The notes under the pieces are model-generated. The model had not been told where the DNA came from, ran no database searches, and saw only the letters and a list, made by a program, of their open reading frames with translations. From NCBI RefSeq assembly GCF_947568905.1, contig NC_079168.1, positions 78,616,001-78,680,000 of the forward strand: a stretch of DNA of 64,000 bases, given 5' to 3'. Origin of the DNA: Ostrea edulis (lineage: Eukaryota). The position numbers and the translations under genes are program-made. Within the stretch, counting starts at the first letter, position 1, and each line of letters starts with the position of its first letter. Shown here in pieces: positions 12,779-24,017 of the stretch.

Positions 12779-13430
12779 CTGTGAACAAGAATGTGTTAGT
12801 GAACAAAGTAGATTTACAGTTATTTATTTGAACATTTATTTATTGCATAGCTTTTGCCAAGCTATCTGAGACATTTTAAAATATGTACATTGTGATTGGT
12901 CCATAGTGATATTGTCCAATAATACATGTATTCATTATTATTGGTTAATGTTATACAATATATACATGTATTCTTTATCATTAGTCTATATTATACAAAA
13001 TATACACATATTTATATCCTTGGTCCATAATGTATCCTTTTCAGGTTAACTTAATTTACCATGACTTTGATACATGTTATATTGAATGCATATATTTATA
13101 GTAGAATTTTGAATCATTCATAGACTAATTCTCTCGAGGTTGCACCTCATGATACTGCTATAAAATAATATATGTATTGTTAAAGTTACAGTCCCTCCTT
13201 GATATATACTTCTTTATTATATACCCATCAATGTTTCGTTTTTCGATACTGTGGATTTCACGGTTTCCCGGATCACCACACAGTGGTTTTCTGATTCCGT
13301 ATCAGTATCCTCTGAAACTGATGATGTCACAATGACTCACAATGCATCAACGCAATGTCATTTGTGGAAAATGTTGACCGTATCACAAACAAAACTGCGT
13401 GCACAAAATATAATTTCATGGTAGTCTGTG

Positions 13431-15270
13431 TTTTTAGCTCTTCTGAGCCAAAGGCTCAAAGAGCTAATGCTATGGCCATTTGTGCGGTGTGCGTAAACTT
13501 TTTAGAAAAAGGGCTATAACTCAAGAACCCCTTGGCCAATTTTTTTCAAATTTGTTACAGGGTATCATTGGCCCAAGGGCTTTCATACATACTAAATAAA
13601 GGGATGTGACCCTTTAACAAGGGGAGATAATCAGGAAAATACAAACAAAAGTAGTGGTTGCTAAAAAATCTTCTTCTCAAGAACCACAGGGCAGATTATC
13701 ACCAAACTTACACGTAAGGATGAGGATATGTTGTAGATTAAAAATTGTTCAAGGCATTACCCTGGGGCAAAGGGCATGGTCTCAAGGTCACTTTAAAGTT
13801 GACCTAAATTAAAAAAAATTTTAAATTCCTTAAATCTTAGATATTTTAGTCATTATAAGGACTAGGATCATCAAATTTTGACAGTTGATGCATCTTAGGA
13901 CCTTGTGTCAAGTTGTCTCAAAAGTAGGTCACGGTGACCTACTTTTTGAATTTTGCAGGTATTTATTTTAAAATTAATTTTGATGCATATCTTGGACACT
14001 TTGAAGCCTATGATCATCAAAACTTGTCAGTTGGTGGATCATGGGACTTTGAAATGCGTCAACTGAAAAATAGGTCACCGTGACCTACTTTCTGAATTTT
14101 ATGGCTTATCATTTATAGATATATTTTAAGTTGTTATTTCAAATACCGAGAGGTTTAGAATCATCAAATCTTGTAAGTTGATGCATCTTGAGGCCTTGAA
14201 ACATATTTATAAAAAAGTAGGTCACAGTGACCTACTTTTTGAATTTTGCAGATATTCAAATTTCACATTTTCAATTTTAGATGCATATTTTGGGCACTGT
14301 AAAACCTAGGATCATCAAACTTTGTCAGTTGATGCGTCTTCAGCCTTCGGTTTGTGTCGACCAAAAAGTAGGTCACCGTGACCTACTTTTGGTATTTGAC
14401 AGCTAAATTACTATATTTCAGACACTATTTGACCTACAATCATCAAACTTTGTCAGTTGATGCATCTTGAGTCTTCGGAGTGTATCGACCAAAAAGTAGG
14501 TCACTGTGACCTACTTTTGGCATTTGACAGTTATATTTATATATTTCAGTCACTAATTGACCTACAATCATCAAACCTTGACAGTTGATGCATCTTGAGT
14601 CAATGGAGTGTGTCGACCAAAAAGTAGGTCACCTTGACCTACTTTTGGAATTTGACGGCTATATTTATATATTTCAAATACTATTTGACCTACAGTCATC
14701 AAACTTTGTCAGTTGATGGGTCTTGCATGTTCGAAGGGTTTCGACCAAAAAGTAGGTCAACTTGACCTACTTTTGGAATTGGACACCTATATTTATATAT
14801 TTCAGATACTATTTGACCTACAGTCATCAAACTTTGTCAGTTGATGTGTCTTGCATGTTCAAAGGGTGTTGACCAAAAAGTAGGTCACCTTGACCTACTT
14901 TTGGAATTGGACGGCTATATTTATATATTTCAGATACTATTTGACCTACAGTCATCAAACTTTGTCAGTTGATGGGTCTTGCATGTTCGGAGTTCGCTGA
15001 CCAGAAAGTAGGTCACCATGACCTACGATTGGAATTTGACAGCTATATTTCAATATTCAGATACTAATTGGCTTAAAATCATCAAACTTTGTCAGTTGAT
15101 ATTTCTTGGGTTCTCAAAATGTGTAAACCAAAAAGTAGGTCACACTGACCTACTTTTTTTTAATTCTTAGGATTTAACTAAAGATTTAGAATACTAAGAG
15201 GCTAAGAATAGAAATGGTGGGGTTGTACAATTTATCAGAAGAGCGATTCTAGGCCCTTGGGCCTCTTGTT
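13431..15270 (+). mobile_element. Helentron-associated non-autonomous element (HINE) with an internal about 127-bp tandem array
   Basis: Starts TTTTTAGCTCTTCTGAGCC...GGCTCAAAGAGCT and ends AGAAGAGCGATTCTAGGCCCTTGGGCCTCTTGTT (subterminal IR AGCTCTTCT/AGAAGAGCG, 3' GGCCC/GGGCC hairpin, T-rich insertion site). About 10 internal units, each carrying the palindrome AAAAGTAGGTCAC-N-GTGACCTACTTTT. Confidence 0.85.
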
Positions 15271-15350
15271 TATAATTTGGATTACATTTATTATCTTATA
15301 AATGTGGATTTAAAATGCATAAGGGGGTAGATCTATATAATAAATATATC

Positions 15351-15510
15351 ATTACTACAGTAACTTGATCCGAAGAGTTGGATCACGTCGAGTTGACAGG
15401 CGCAGATCATCAGATCAAACTCGATGCTTCGAGTCTTGTGTGATCTGATGATCCGCGCTGGTGACCAACTCGACGTGATCCGACTCTTCGGATCAAGTTA
15501 CTGTAGTAAT
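15351..15510. mobile_element. 160-bp fold-back MITE
   Basis: ATTACTACAGTAACTTGATCCGAAGAGTTGGATCACGTCGAGTTG is the reverse complement (1 mismatch) of CAACTCGACGTGATCCGACTCTTCGGATCAAGTTACTGTAGTAAT, with further internal complementarity. Confidence 0.8.
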
Positions 15511-15635
15511 ATATAGTTATCGTACATGTTGTAATTGTTAATAAAATACTGTTTACCAATGCAAATTCCCAAAAATAAATCATTGGATAGATAACAGGGT
15601 GTGAACATTTATTGTATATCTATAGAAGAACTGAT

Positions 15636-15975
15636 AGGTAGCGGTCGTCTAGTGATTAGAGCCTTCGCTTTGCAAACAGGTGGTCTTGGGTTCAATTCTT
15701 GAACCTGGCATCATGTCAAATCTAGAAATGTTTAATGAAGCTTCATGATTAATTACTAGTCCTTGGCTAGGCACCGGGCATCAGGAGGGAAAGGCATGGA
15801 TATTTTGGATAGGACCTTAAAATGGACTTCACATGTCACGGTAAGGTTAGCATGGTAGAGGACCTTCACTTCTAGGACCTTGCGTGCCATGTTTAGGTCA
15901 ACATTTGTAGCATTTTGCCTAATGCTTATTACATCAGTATATGAGTAAAAATTATCAAATGTTGTTGATCCTCAA
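15636..15975 (+). mobile_element. Degraded tRNA-derived SINE
   Basis: tRNA-like head (GTCTAGTGATTAGAGC...GGGTTCAATTC) and a 3' body resembling the better-preserved SINE copies at 23.5 and 32.1 kb. Confidence 0.5.
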
Positions 15976-16059
15976 TCCAATTTCCATCTTGTATGTAATG
16001 GATAAATAACGAGATGGTGTTGAATAGTTCAGAGAAAGCATCACCACTGGAGGCCTGGC

Positions 16060-16570
16060 TGTCCTGTCGAGATTAAATTCTTTCTTTCCATACTTGGCAA
16101 TCCTGTGGATTGATACTAACCCAATCTTGTACACTCGAGGTCTCGTTTTATTAAATCATCCCACGACAGACAGCTTTGGTCTGCCTGGAGCTCGATATTC
16201 GGTGACATGTTGGGACCTGTGATATCCACACTTTACTGCACTCAACATGATTCGGCCTACATGTCTGGAGAACATCAGTGATGTCTCTGATGTTAAGCTG
16301 AGTAATAAGAGACATAAAGGTGACATTCATTTCAGGATTAACAAGGCAGATCCATCTTATCATGACTTTGTCATTGCGTATCAGTTTCATTAAAATCGAA
16401 GCTGTTACTTTCCATTTCTCAGAACCATATAGCAACACAGGTATAATGTAGATTAAATACAAACGGCCCTGGTTGTGATAACCAGATATTTGTTTGTTGG
16501 GATTGGAAGAGGCTCTCTGCATTTTCCCAAGAAGACTTGCATCATGTTGCTGCAAGTTCACAGCTACCGT
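16060..16570 (-). mobile_element. RTE-like LINE 3' fragment (decayed RT C-terminus)
   Basis: Translation GRLYLIYIIPVLLYGSEKW...MIRWICLV...LNIRDIT...HVE matches the PVLLYGSE(T)W / MLRWI.GV pattern of RTE-clade ORF2 C-termini. Truncated and degenerate. Confidence 0.7.
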
Positions 16571-16637
16571 CAGATGACAGTCTCCCCTAGGTAACAGAAG
16601 TGTCCAAGTCCACTACAATTTCAAGTGTCTCCATCAA

Positions 16638-16985
16638 TTTTTATACGCCCGTCTTTAGACGGGACGTATTATGGTACAGCGATGTCTGTACGTCCGTTCG
16701 ACGTTTTCTCTTTATAATTTCATTTCCCTGTCACATATGCTGAAACTTGCTGTGTATCTTCTTTGTGGGTCACTCTAGATCATACTGCAATTTTGATCCA
16801 TTTCGACCATTTTTCCAGGAGTTTTGCCCCTTTATTTGGAAATAATTATTATATGGAGGGTACATAATTTGTCCGCCCTACTCCTCCCCCCACAGTTTTC
16901 AAGTGAGAGCCTTCTTATTTTGTGGAGTGTTTGTATGGGTATTGAAGATGTGCATGTGGGATGGATTTTGATTTTCTACAATTTT
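16638..16985 (+). mobile_element. HINE/CvA-like element, 5' part, truncated by a Penelope-like fragment
   Basis: TTTTATACGCCCGTCTTTAGACGGGACGTATTATGGTACAGCGATGTCTGTACGTCCG. Clearly homologous to the copy at 36640-37900. Confidence 0.7.
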
Positions 16986-16989
16986 TGAG

Positions 16990-17840
16990 AGTATGAACCA
17001 GAAGTGAACGACTCTGTGGTGTCTTTTATTTCGAGTTCACAGGGATATATCGATTCGACATATGATTGAAAATTATTATTGTTCATAGATAATACACCGT
17101 CAATATATCTAAATGTCGAATTGAAGGCCACAGCAAGAGAAGTTTTCTTCTCAAGTTGAAGTTTTTGAATAAATTCTGCTTCATATGAATATAGAAACAG
17201 GTCAGCTAACATAGGAGCACAATTCGTGCCCATGGGAATTCCAACAGACTGTTGGAAGACCTGATCACCAAAGACTACGAAGATATTGTCAATGAGGAAC
17301 TCCGGCATATTTTTATTTCAACTTTAGAGTACTTGTGCATGGTATCAGAGTGGTGTTTAACAAAGAAATTATTTGGATGACTGATCACTAGATATGTATA
17401 TTTCCGTTTTCCATTTTTGTTGAAGAAGCAACTGTCTATTATGTCAAAAAGTCTAGTCTTTAATTTATCACGAGGAATGGTCGTGTAAAATGTTGAAAAG
17501 TCATATGTTTTGATGAAGTTGATTTGAGAAAAGTTTTGCGATTTCAAATTTACTAAAAGTTTTTGGAATCCACATTTGATTTACACCACTTCTGGCATAT
17601 GTAATTGCACAGTACGTGTGAATTTTCTCCTTCACAGCTGTTAATATTTTCGTGAGAAACAAATATAGGATAGGGGCTTGGTTTTTAACACTTGCTGGAT
17701 CCAGTATCTTTGTACGGATTTGTATGAAGTTTTGGAATTCAGTATACATGTGTAGGTACGGTAACTCATATTCATCGGACCCACTGACTGGGATATTAAA
17801 TGTGTCTAAAACAGAAGCAACTGTCATTCCTCGTATACGT
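16990..17840 (-). mobile_element. Penelope-like retroelement reverse transcriptase fragment (pseudogenised)
   Basis: Three overlapping frameshifted ORFs: LTAVKEK...RSGVNQMWI, IKTYDFSTFYTTIP, GIPMGTNCAP.LADLFLYSYE...FRYIDG. The catalytic YIDD reads YIDG. Confidence 0.85.
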
Positions 17841-18029
17841 CAGAATTGCTACCAATATGCCCATTCTAGTCCCCCCCCCCCCCCCCCCCACACACACACA
17901 CGAAAGTTTTTCTCAAGCTGGGACATTTGCCACCAGGCTATGTAGTTAATCATAGAAGCTCTTCTCATTTTCACTAAGGCCAACCTGCATAGGTGCACAC
18001 CACAGCGAAAACCTTACCCACGACAATCC

Positions 18030-18620
18030 GTACGAGAAAAATAAAAGTGTTACATGTGAATATATAAGGAAAATCTTTAGAAATATTAAGAATTGCAGGG
18101 TCAGTAAAGTTGATATATACTTGGAAGCTTCCTGATATAGATTATATGTTCAAATAATGGTCCCCGAGAGTAGGGTGAGGCCACAATAGGGGATCAATTT
18201 TTTATATGCTGATAAAAAGAAAATGCATGCATATCCTTCCCAAGAACTACTGGGCCAGAAAAGTTTAAATATACATGTATATATGAAACCTTTAAAAATC
18301 TTCTCAAGAACCACTGGGCCAGAAAAGTGGAAATTCACATGAGAGCTTCATGACAGTTGATTCAAGCTTGTTCAAATAATGCCCTCCTTGGATAGGATGG
18401 GGTCACAATAGGGGATGAAATTTCTACATGCTGTTGTACAGGGGGAAAACTTTTTTAAAAAATTCTCAAAAATCGTTGGACCAGAAAAATGAAAATTTAC
18501 AAAAAACCTTCCTCATATGGAGTTGATTTCATGGTCCACGGATGTATGATGGGACCACAATAGGGGATCAAAGTCTTATATGGGAATATACAAAAAAAAA
18601 AAAAAAAAAATAGATTAAAA
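18030..18620 (+). repeat. About 3 degenerate about 165-bp satellite units of the HINE-internal type
   Basis: Recurrent AAGAACCACTGGGCCAGAAAAG...GGGCCACAATAGGGGATC blocks. The same unit occurs at 31030-31200. Confidence 0.65.
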
Positions 18621-18699
18621 CAAATTCTTTTCAAAAGTAACTAAATCATATTCAAATGCAGATGTTTCCAAGTTGTGCAGATCAAAGGTTTTTTTATGC

Positions 18700-19385
18700 C
18701 CCTGCGACTATAGTCGAGGGCATATTTTGTCCTGTTTGTTCGTCTGAAACTTTAACATTGCTCATAACTTTTGAGTGGTAAATGATAGGGATTTCATATG
18801 TGCATTACTTGTGACATGATCCTTTTTTGTACCAGAATTTTTACCTTGTGACCTTGGAGTTTGACCTACATGTACTTTAAAGAAAACTTAAGCTATTCAA
18901 TTCCTCCTGAACTATTTACGGTAAGACTTTCATAATTTGAATAGAGATTCCTTCTGGTAAGGCCTTACATTACATACTTGACCTTGGAGTTTGACCCAAA
19001 TTTCAAAACTTTATCCTTACTCTTAACATTTGACCCAAATTTCAAAAAACTTTATCCTTACTCTTAACATTTAAATACCGAGGGATAGGGCTCTCATATG
19101 TCATATATACGTTCCTAGTAACAAAACCTTTTATCGTATCAAAGTTTCTACCCTCGTGACCTTGACCTTGGAGTTTGATCTACTTTTGAAAATGTAATAT
19201 TTTAAATATCTCCTGAACTATTTAAGGTAGGGTTGACACTTGCTACTAGTATATAGATTCTTTATGGTAAGATCTTTCATGCGATATCAAGGTCTTGACC
19301 TTGAAGTTTGACCTACTTTTTAAAAGAAAACCCTGATCTTTATAATATCTTCTGAACTATTTAAGGTGGAACTTTCAATGTATAC
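18700..19385 (+). mobile_element. HINE-like non-autonomous element with TGACCTTG-type internal repeats
   Basis: Starts TTTTTATGCCCCTGCGACTATAGTCGAGGGCATA (5' hairpin), followed by repeated GACCTTGGAGTTTGACCTAC units. Confidence 0.6.
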
Positions 19386-20239
19386 AGATTTCTTATTGCA
19401 AATTTTCCGTTACGAACAGAACGATCTAACCACTGAACCACAGCGGCCAGTAAAAATTTAAGACTTTTCCTCCAAATCTGATGACGTTTCCGTATGAGTG
19501 AATGATTCTCGGACCGGAAGGACGTAATATTCCAATCAATAATTCAACCAAAACCATCTGATCTTCACATCCTACCCTTGGATATTTTACGATAAGGGAA
19601 CCTCTGAGGATCTCCCTCCTGTTTCAATGCCGAGAACAGACAGATCCTCCACACGGTACCTACCAAATGAAACAGAAGGGGGGCTGCAGCGGAGCAGAGT
19701 GTCATATAATGGTCTTTCCTTCAAGCCAGTCCCCCAAAACCTGATCGTACATACAGGCGGATCCAGGAATTTGTGAAAGGGGGGGGGGGGGTCTAACACT
19801 TAATCTTTTAGGTACTTTTCACAATCTCAACCCTATACCCCATTTACAACCCTTTGCCTGTGTACATAACATCTTAGGGAGATCTGGAGACAGTTTATAA
19901 ATGGAAATGCTTAATTTGATTAATTATTTTTTTTTATGAAATGTTGAATTTTCAATTTTGTAAATATAAAGAGAACAAACGAGGAGATAGTGGTTCGTGT
20001 AACATCAATAATGAATGGCATTAACTCTTCAAAGGAATCGTACTTTGCCACCTCCACCAGCGCTATCAATATTTAATAAATACAAGAAATTTTTAACTGT
20101 TTAAATCTAGGCTAATACAATACCACACTGTTAAGCTAATGTTCAAATAACACACTTGAATGAAACATCTCCCTGTTATGCATTGAAATAAATCTCCTGC
20201 ACACTTCCACGTACGTCAATTTTCAAGTCGCTGTTCGTA

Positions 20240-20480
20240 TTTAGTGGAACAAGACCTGTTAGTCGGAGTTAAGTTTTCGTTCTTCAGAGACATGAGAAAT
20301 ATATTGATATCAGCTTCACATGAAGTAACGGGTAAAGTAGAACCGATTTTCGTGAGCGTACGAATGTTTGGAAACATAGAAATATATTGGAAACCTATTT
20401 TTTCTCAACCTTTATGGTATACTGATGCATTAAATCTCGATTGGTGCCGTCCTTGTACAGAACTGGGATGAGCTGTAGCC
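20240..20480 (-). mobile_element. Decayed hAT transposase C-terminal dimerisation-domain fragment
   Basis: A minus-strand frame reads FPNIRTLTKIGSTLPVTSCEAD, matching the hAT motif FPNI..L..I..TLPVTSCEAERSFS. The surrounding frame is broken. Confidence 0.6.
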
Positions 20481-20571
20481 TAAAGTCTTCCTATTGACAC
20501 AAATTTCAACATAATTTATAATGCAGCACACAGGTAAATACATAAATTCTAAAAGACTGAAAAATAAGACT

Positions 20572-21366
20572 GGCAGTCATGTTTAAACAGTGTTAAATAA
20601 CATAGAACAATGCGTATGTAGGACAGTCATGTTTAAACAGTGTTGAATAACACAGAGCAATGCAGATGTAGGGCAGTCATGTTTAAACAGTGTTGAATAA
20701 CACAGAACAATGTGTATGTAGGACAGTGATGTTAAACAGTGTTAAATAACACAGAACAATGCGTGTGTAGGGCAGTCATGTTTAAACAGTGTTAAATAAC
20801 ACAGAACAATGCGTATGTAGGACAGTGATGTTAAACAGTGTTAAATAACACAAAACAATGCGTATGTAGGGCAGTCATGTTTAAACAGTGTTAAATAACA
20901 CAGAACAATGCGTATGTAGGACAGTGATGTTAAACAGTGTTAAATAACACAGAACAATGCGTATGTAGGACAGTGATGTTAAACAGTGTTAAATAACACA
21001 GAACAATGCGTATATAGGGCAGTCATGTTAAACAGTGTTAAATAACACAGAACAATGCGTATGTAGGACAGCCATGTTTAACAGTGTTAAATAACACAGA
21101 ACAATGCGTATGTAGGACAGTGATGTTAAACAGTGTTAAATAACACAGAACAATGCGTATGTAGGGCAGTCATGTTTAAACAGTGTTAAATAACACAGAA
21201 CAATGCGTATGTAGGACAGTCATGTTTAAACAGTGTTAAATAACATAGAACAATGCGTATGTAGGGCAGTCATGTTTACACAGTGTTAAATAACACAGAA
21301 CAATGCGTATGTAGGACAGCCATGTTTACACAGTGTTAAATAACACAGAGCAATGTGTATGTAGGG
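20572..21366. repeat. 51-52-bp minisatellite, about 15 units
   Basis: Unit CAGTCATGTTTAAACAGTGTTAAATAACACAGAACAATGCGTATGTAGG(A/G), with two interspersed variants. Confidence 0.95.
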
Positions 21367-21424
21367 CATAATTTATATATTACACTAATTAACATATGTA
21401 ACGCAGAATGAGACAAGAGGAAAC

Positions 21425-21580
21425 TTATACTGCCTCGCTATATACAAGATATGATAGTTATACTGCCTCGCTATATACAAGATATGATAGTTATACTGCC
21501 TCGCTATATACAAGATATGATAGTTATACTGCCTCGCTATATACAAGATATGATAGTTATACTGCCTCGCTATATACAAT
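21425..21580. repeat. 33-bp tandem repeat, about 4.5 units
   Basis: TTATACTGCCTCGCTATATACAAGATATGATAG repeated perfectly. Confidence 0.95.
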
Positions 21581-21595
21581 GTGGCACGTGTTAGT

Positions 21596-21660
21596 CTCTC
21601 TCTTGATCACGCAAGTTAAACAATGGCGAGCGTGATCAGCACTTGGCTGGGTGACCACTA
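21596..21660 (+). mobile_element. 5S rRNA-derived (SINE3-like) fragment
   Basis: GATCACGCAAGTTAAACAA...CAGCACTTGGCTGGGTGACC resembles the 5S internal A-box/C-box region (GATCTCGGAAGCTAAGCAG...AGTACTTGGATGGGAGACC). Too short and degenerate for a 5S gene. Confidence 0.5.
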
Positions 21661-22139
21661 CACGTTACACAATTCAGTATATGCACCTTTTATATAATTT
21701 TGACTCGACCTCTTGTCAAAATTGAGTAATTCTTTTTACCATATTTATGGTCATTTATATCTTAAAACACAACTTTTAAGAGCCATTCTATACAAAACTG
21801 TACACGTATAATGCTCATTTTTCCCCCGGTGAATTCCTTCACTTATCAAAAATTTTAATCATATCTTTCTTCCTTTAGACTTTTCATTCAGTAATGCTTA
21901 TGATTATGATAATAAACAGATACATAGCAACAGGCCGGCTCCCTCTTTTTTGACAACGTGCACTTTGTTATTTTTTGCATTCATAGTAAGTTTTATTTTC
22001 ACATCCTATTATAAAGTACCTTGTTAGTCATGTTGGTAGTGAATAGAAGTGGAAATATACGAGACTGTGAAGTCAACTGCTTCTCCTTCGGTCACCCCTT
22101 TGAAAACGATTCTACGTGCCTGGATAAAAATAAGCAAAC

Positions 22140-22143
<4 letters not shown>

Positions 22144-22185
<42 letters not shown>
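22144..22185. repeat. (TC)n microsatellite
   Basis: Direct reading. Confidence 0.95.
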
Positions 22186-22186
<1 letters not shown>

Positions 22187-23029
22187 CACACACAATTTGA
22201 ACCGAATGTAAAAAGTATTTGCTATTATTTTGGTATTTATTTTTATTTCGTGCCAGCAGTTGGGTCCAACGCAGAACAAAAACACAAAAATATACAGACA
22301 TTTCACTGATGATTAAAACAAGATGTTATGGTATGTACAAATATTGTGCACTGTTCATTTATTAAGCAAGAATTGGGCAAAGCTTTCTATTAGCAATTAT
22401 TACTGATTTCCTACGAAGATTTTTTTTTTAATTTTTGAAAATTAATTTGGTCGGAGGGGTTCAGTTTGGCCGACTGTTCGTAACTTCGTACTGGATACAC
22501 ACTCCAACCTCAAAGGTTTCTAGCTCAGACTTACTACTTTCCACAGCATGATCCGCCCCTCCGATCTATGCAAATCATTGATCCACTTATGTTAATTAAA
22601 AATTTCATGCATTTAATTTTGTTAATTTGTTTTGAATATAGCTGAAGAAACAGGTATTATTCTTGTCCAAAAACAATTTAATTAACGGGAGTTGTTGATT
22701 TTACGATCGGTCAAGGTAAATTGTTCCATATCAGGTTTCTGACATATTGCAAAACCCTATTCTATCTATTAATTGACCCAAATTCAAATAGAGCGTATAC
22801 TAAATATTGCAGGGTATATGCGGTAGCTACCGACAAACAGGGTTGTGCACTCTCCGTTTGAAGTTGTTTTATCTTCTGCAAATACATGTATTACGAAATT
22901 CGATCATATTTATATTCAGTGGTTTTATCTGAGTACATAAGTTATTGGATACCCTTGATTTGAACCTGACTTCGCTAGCAGTGATTTACTGTAAGTAATT
23001 GTGAAATTTATTGTGAATTGTATTCCTTT

Positions 23030-23220
23030 TCTGTACAGCCAATATTTCGTTGACGGGTGACACTGTTCTGTACAGCCAATATTTCGTTGACGGGTGGCAC
23101 TGTTCTGTACAGCCAATATTTCGTTGACGAGTGACACTATTTTGTACAGCCAATATTTCGTTGACGGGTGGCACTGTTCTGTACAGCTAATATTTCGTTG
23201 ACGGGTGGCACTGTTCGGTA
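23030..23220. repeat. 37-bp tandem repeat, about 5 units
   Basis: CTGTACAGCCAATATTTCGTTGACGGGTGGCACTGTT repeated. Confidence 0.95.
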
Positions 23221-23504
23221 GTAATGCTATAACTAAAGTTCATTACGACTTACGAATCATTTCCCAGGTGAGTTCACAAGCTCTGAATAAGAATATGCTA
23301 CTTCTAATAAAGAAGAAACTATTTGTATATAGCTCAGCTTTTCATCATGCAAACCAAAAAGAAGTAGGTTTAGACATTGTCAGTCTGTCGGTTACTCATA
23401 TACATGTAGGCTTTTAACCTCTTCCAACTTTAGGGAACCTAACATTAATGCTACATAGACAGGCAAAATATATTGAAGCTGAACGCTTTCAGTTCGAATA
23501 CACG

Positions 23505-23771
23505 GTTCCCATGGGGATCCGGGTTAGAATAGGTTCTCAGTACTCCCTTGTTTGTCGTAAGAAGCGACAAAATGGGGCGGTCCTTCGGATGAGACCGCAA
23601 AAACCGAGATCCCGTGACACAGCAGGTGTGGCACGATAAAGATCCCTGCTCCAAGGCCATAAGGGCCGAGCATAGGCCTAAATCTTGCAGCCCTTCACCG
23701 GCCGTGGTGACGTCTCCATGTGAGTGATATATTCTCGAGAGGGATGTTAAACAATATTGAATTAATCAATC
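23505..23771 (+). mobile_element. SINE 3' half (abundant family in this window)
   Basis: GGATCCGGGTTAGAATAGG...GTCGTAAGAAGCGAC...GGTGACGTCTCCATGTGAGTGA...(AATC)n tail. Homologous to copies at 29.8, 36.0, 42.0 and 42.5 kb. Confidence 0.8.
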
Positions 23772-23842
23772 GAATACACGGGGCTTTGATGAATGTTTTG
23801 ACAAACTGATATTAGAACTGAATCATACTCGGAAAACGTTAC

Positions 23843-24017
23843 TATGGAAAGCCATAGGGGACGCCCCAGTCATGTTCTATAAAATCAATTGTATTAATCC
23901 CGACCTACCCATGTTGACAACCCAGGATGTCAATTTAGTCATACCCCAACATTAACCTGGTATTTCCAACTTCAAATCGTGGAAACATGACTTGGGGGTC
24001 CCCTATGGCTTTCCATA
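23843..24017. mobile_element. 175-bp MITE with about 33-bp TIRs and TA ends
   Basis: TATGGAAAGCCATAGGGGACGCCCCAGTCATGTT ... AACATGACTTGGGGGTCCCCTATGGCTTTCCATA. Confidence 0.75.

Noticed and set aside
13840-15165. CRISPR-like array of palindromic repeats
   Set aside because: The intervening sequences are homologous to each other and about 100 bp long, the array sits inside HINE termini, the context is eukaryotic and there are no cas genes.
16976-17827. Active retrotransposon
   Set aside because: The RT is split over three frames, YIDD reads YIDG, and both the 5' end and the endonuclease end are missing.
19560-19760. Possible exon on either strand (GC-richer unique segment)
   Set aside because: Open frames exist on both strands, but no consistent splice phase links it to any gene model and no family is recognisable.
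23540-23640. Hammerhead ribozyme in the SINE core (CGGATGAG...AAAAAC)
   Set aside because: It lacks the CUGANGA and GAAA core with flanking helices. The CTGATGA hits I noticed elsewhere also lack a matching GAAA stem.
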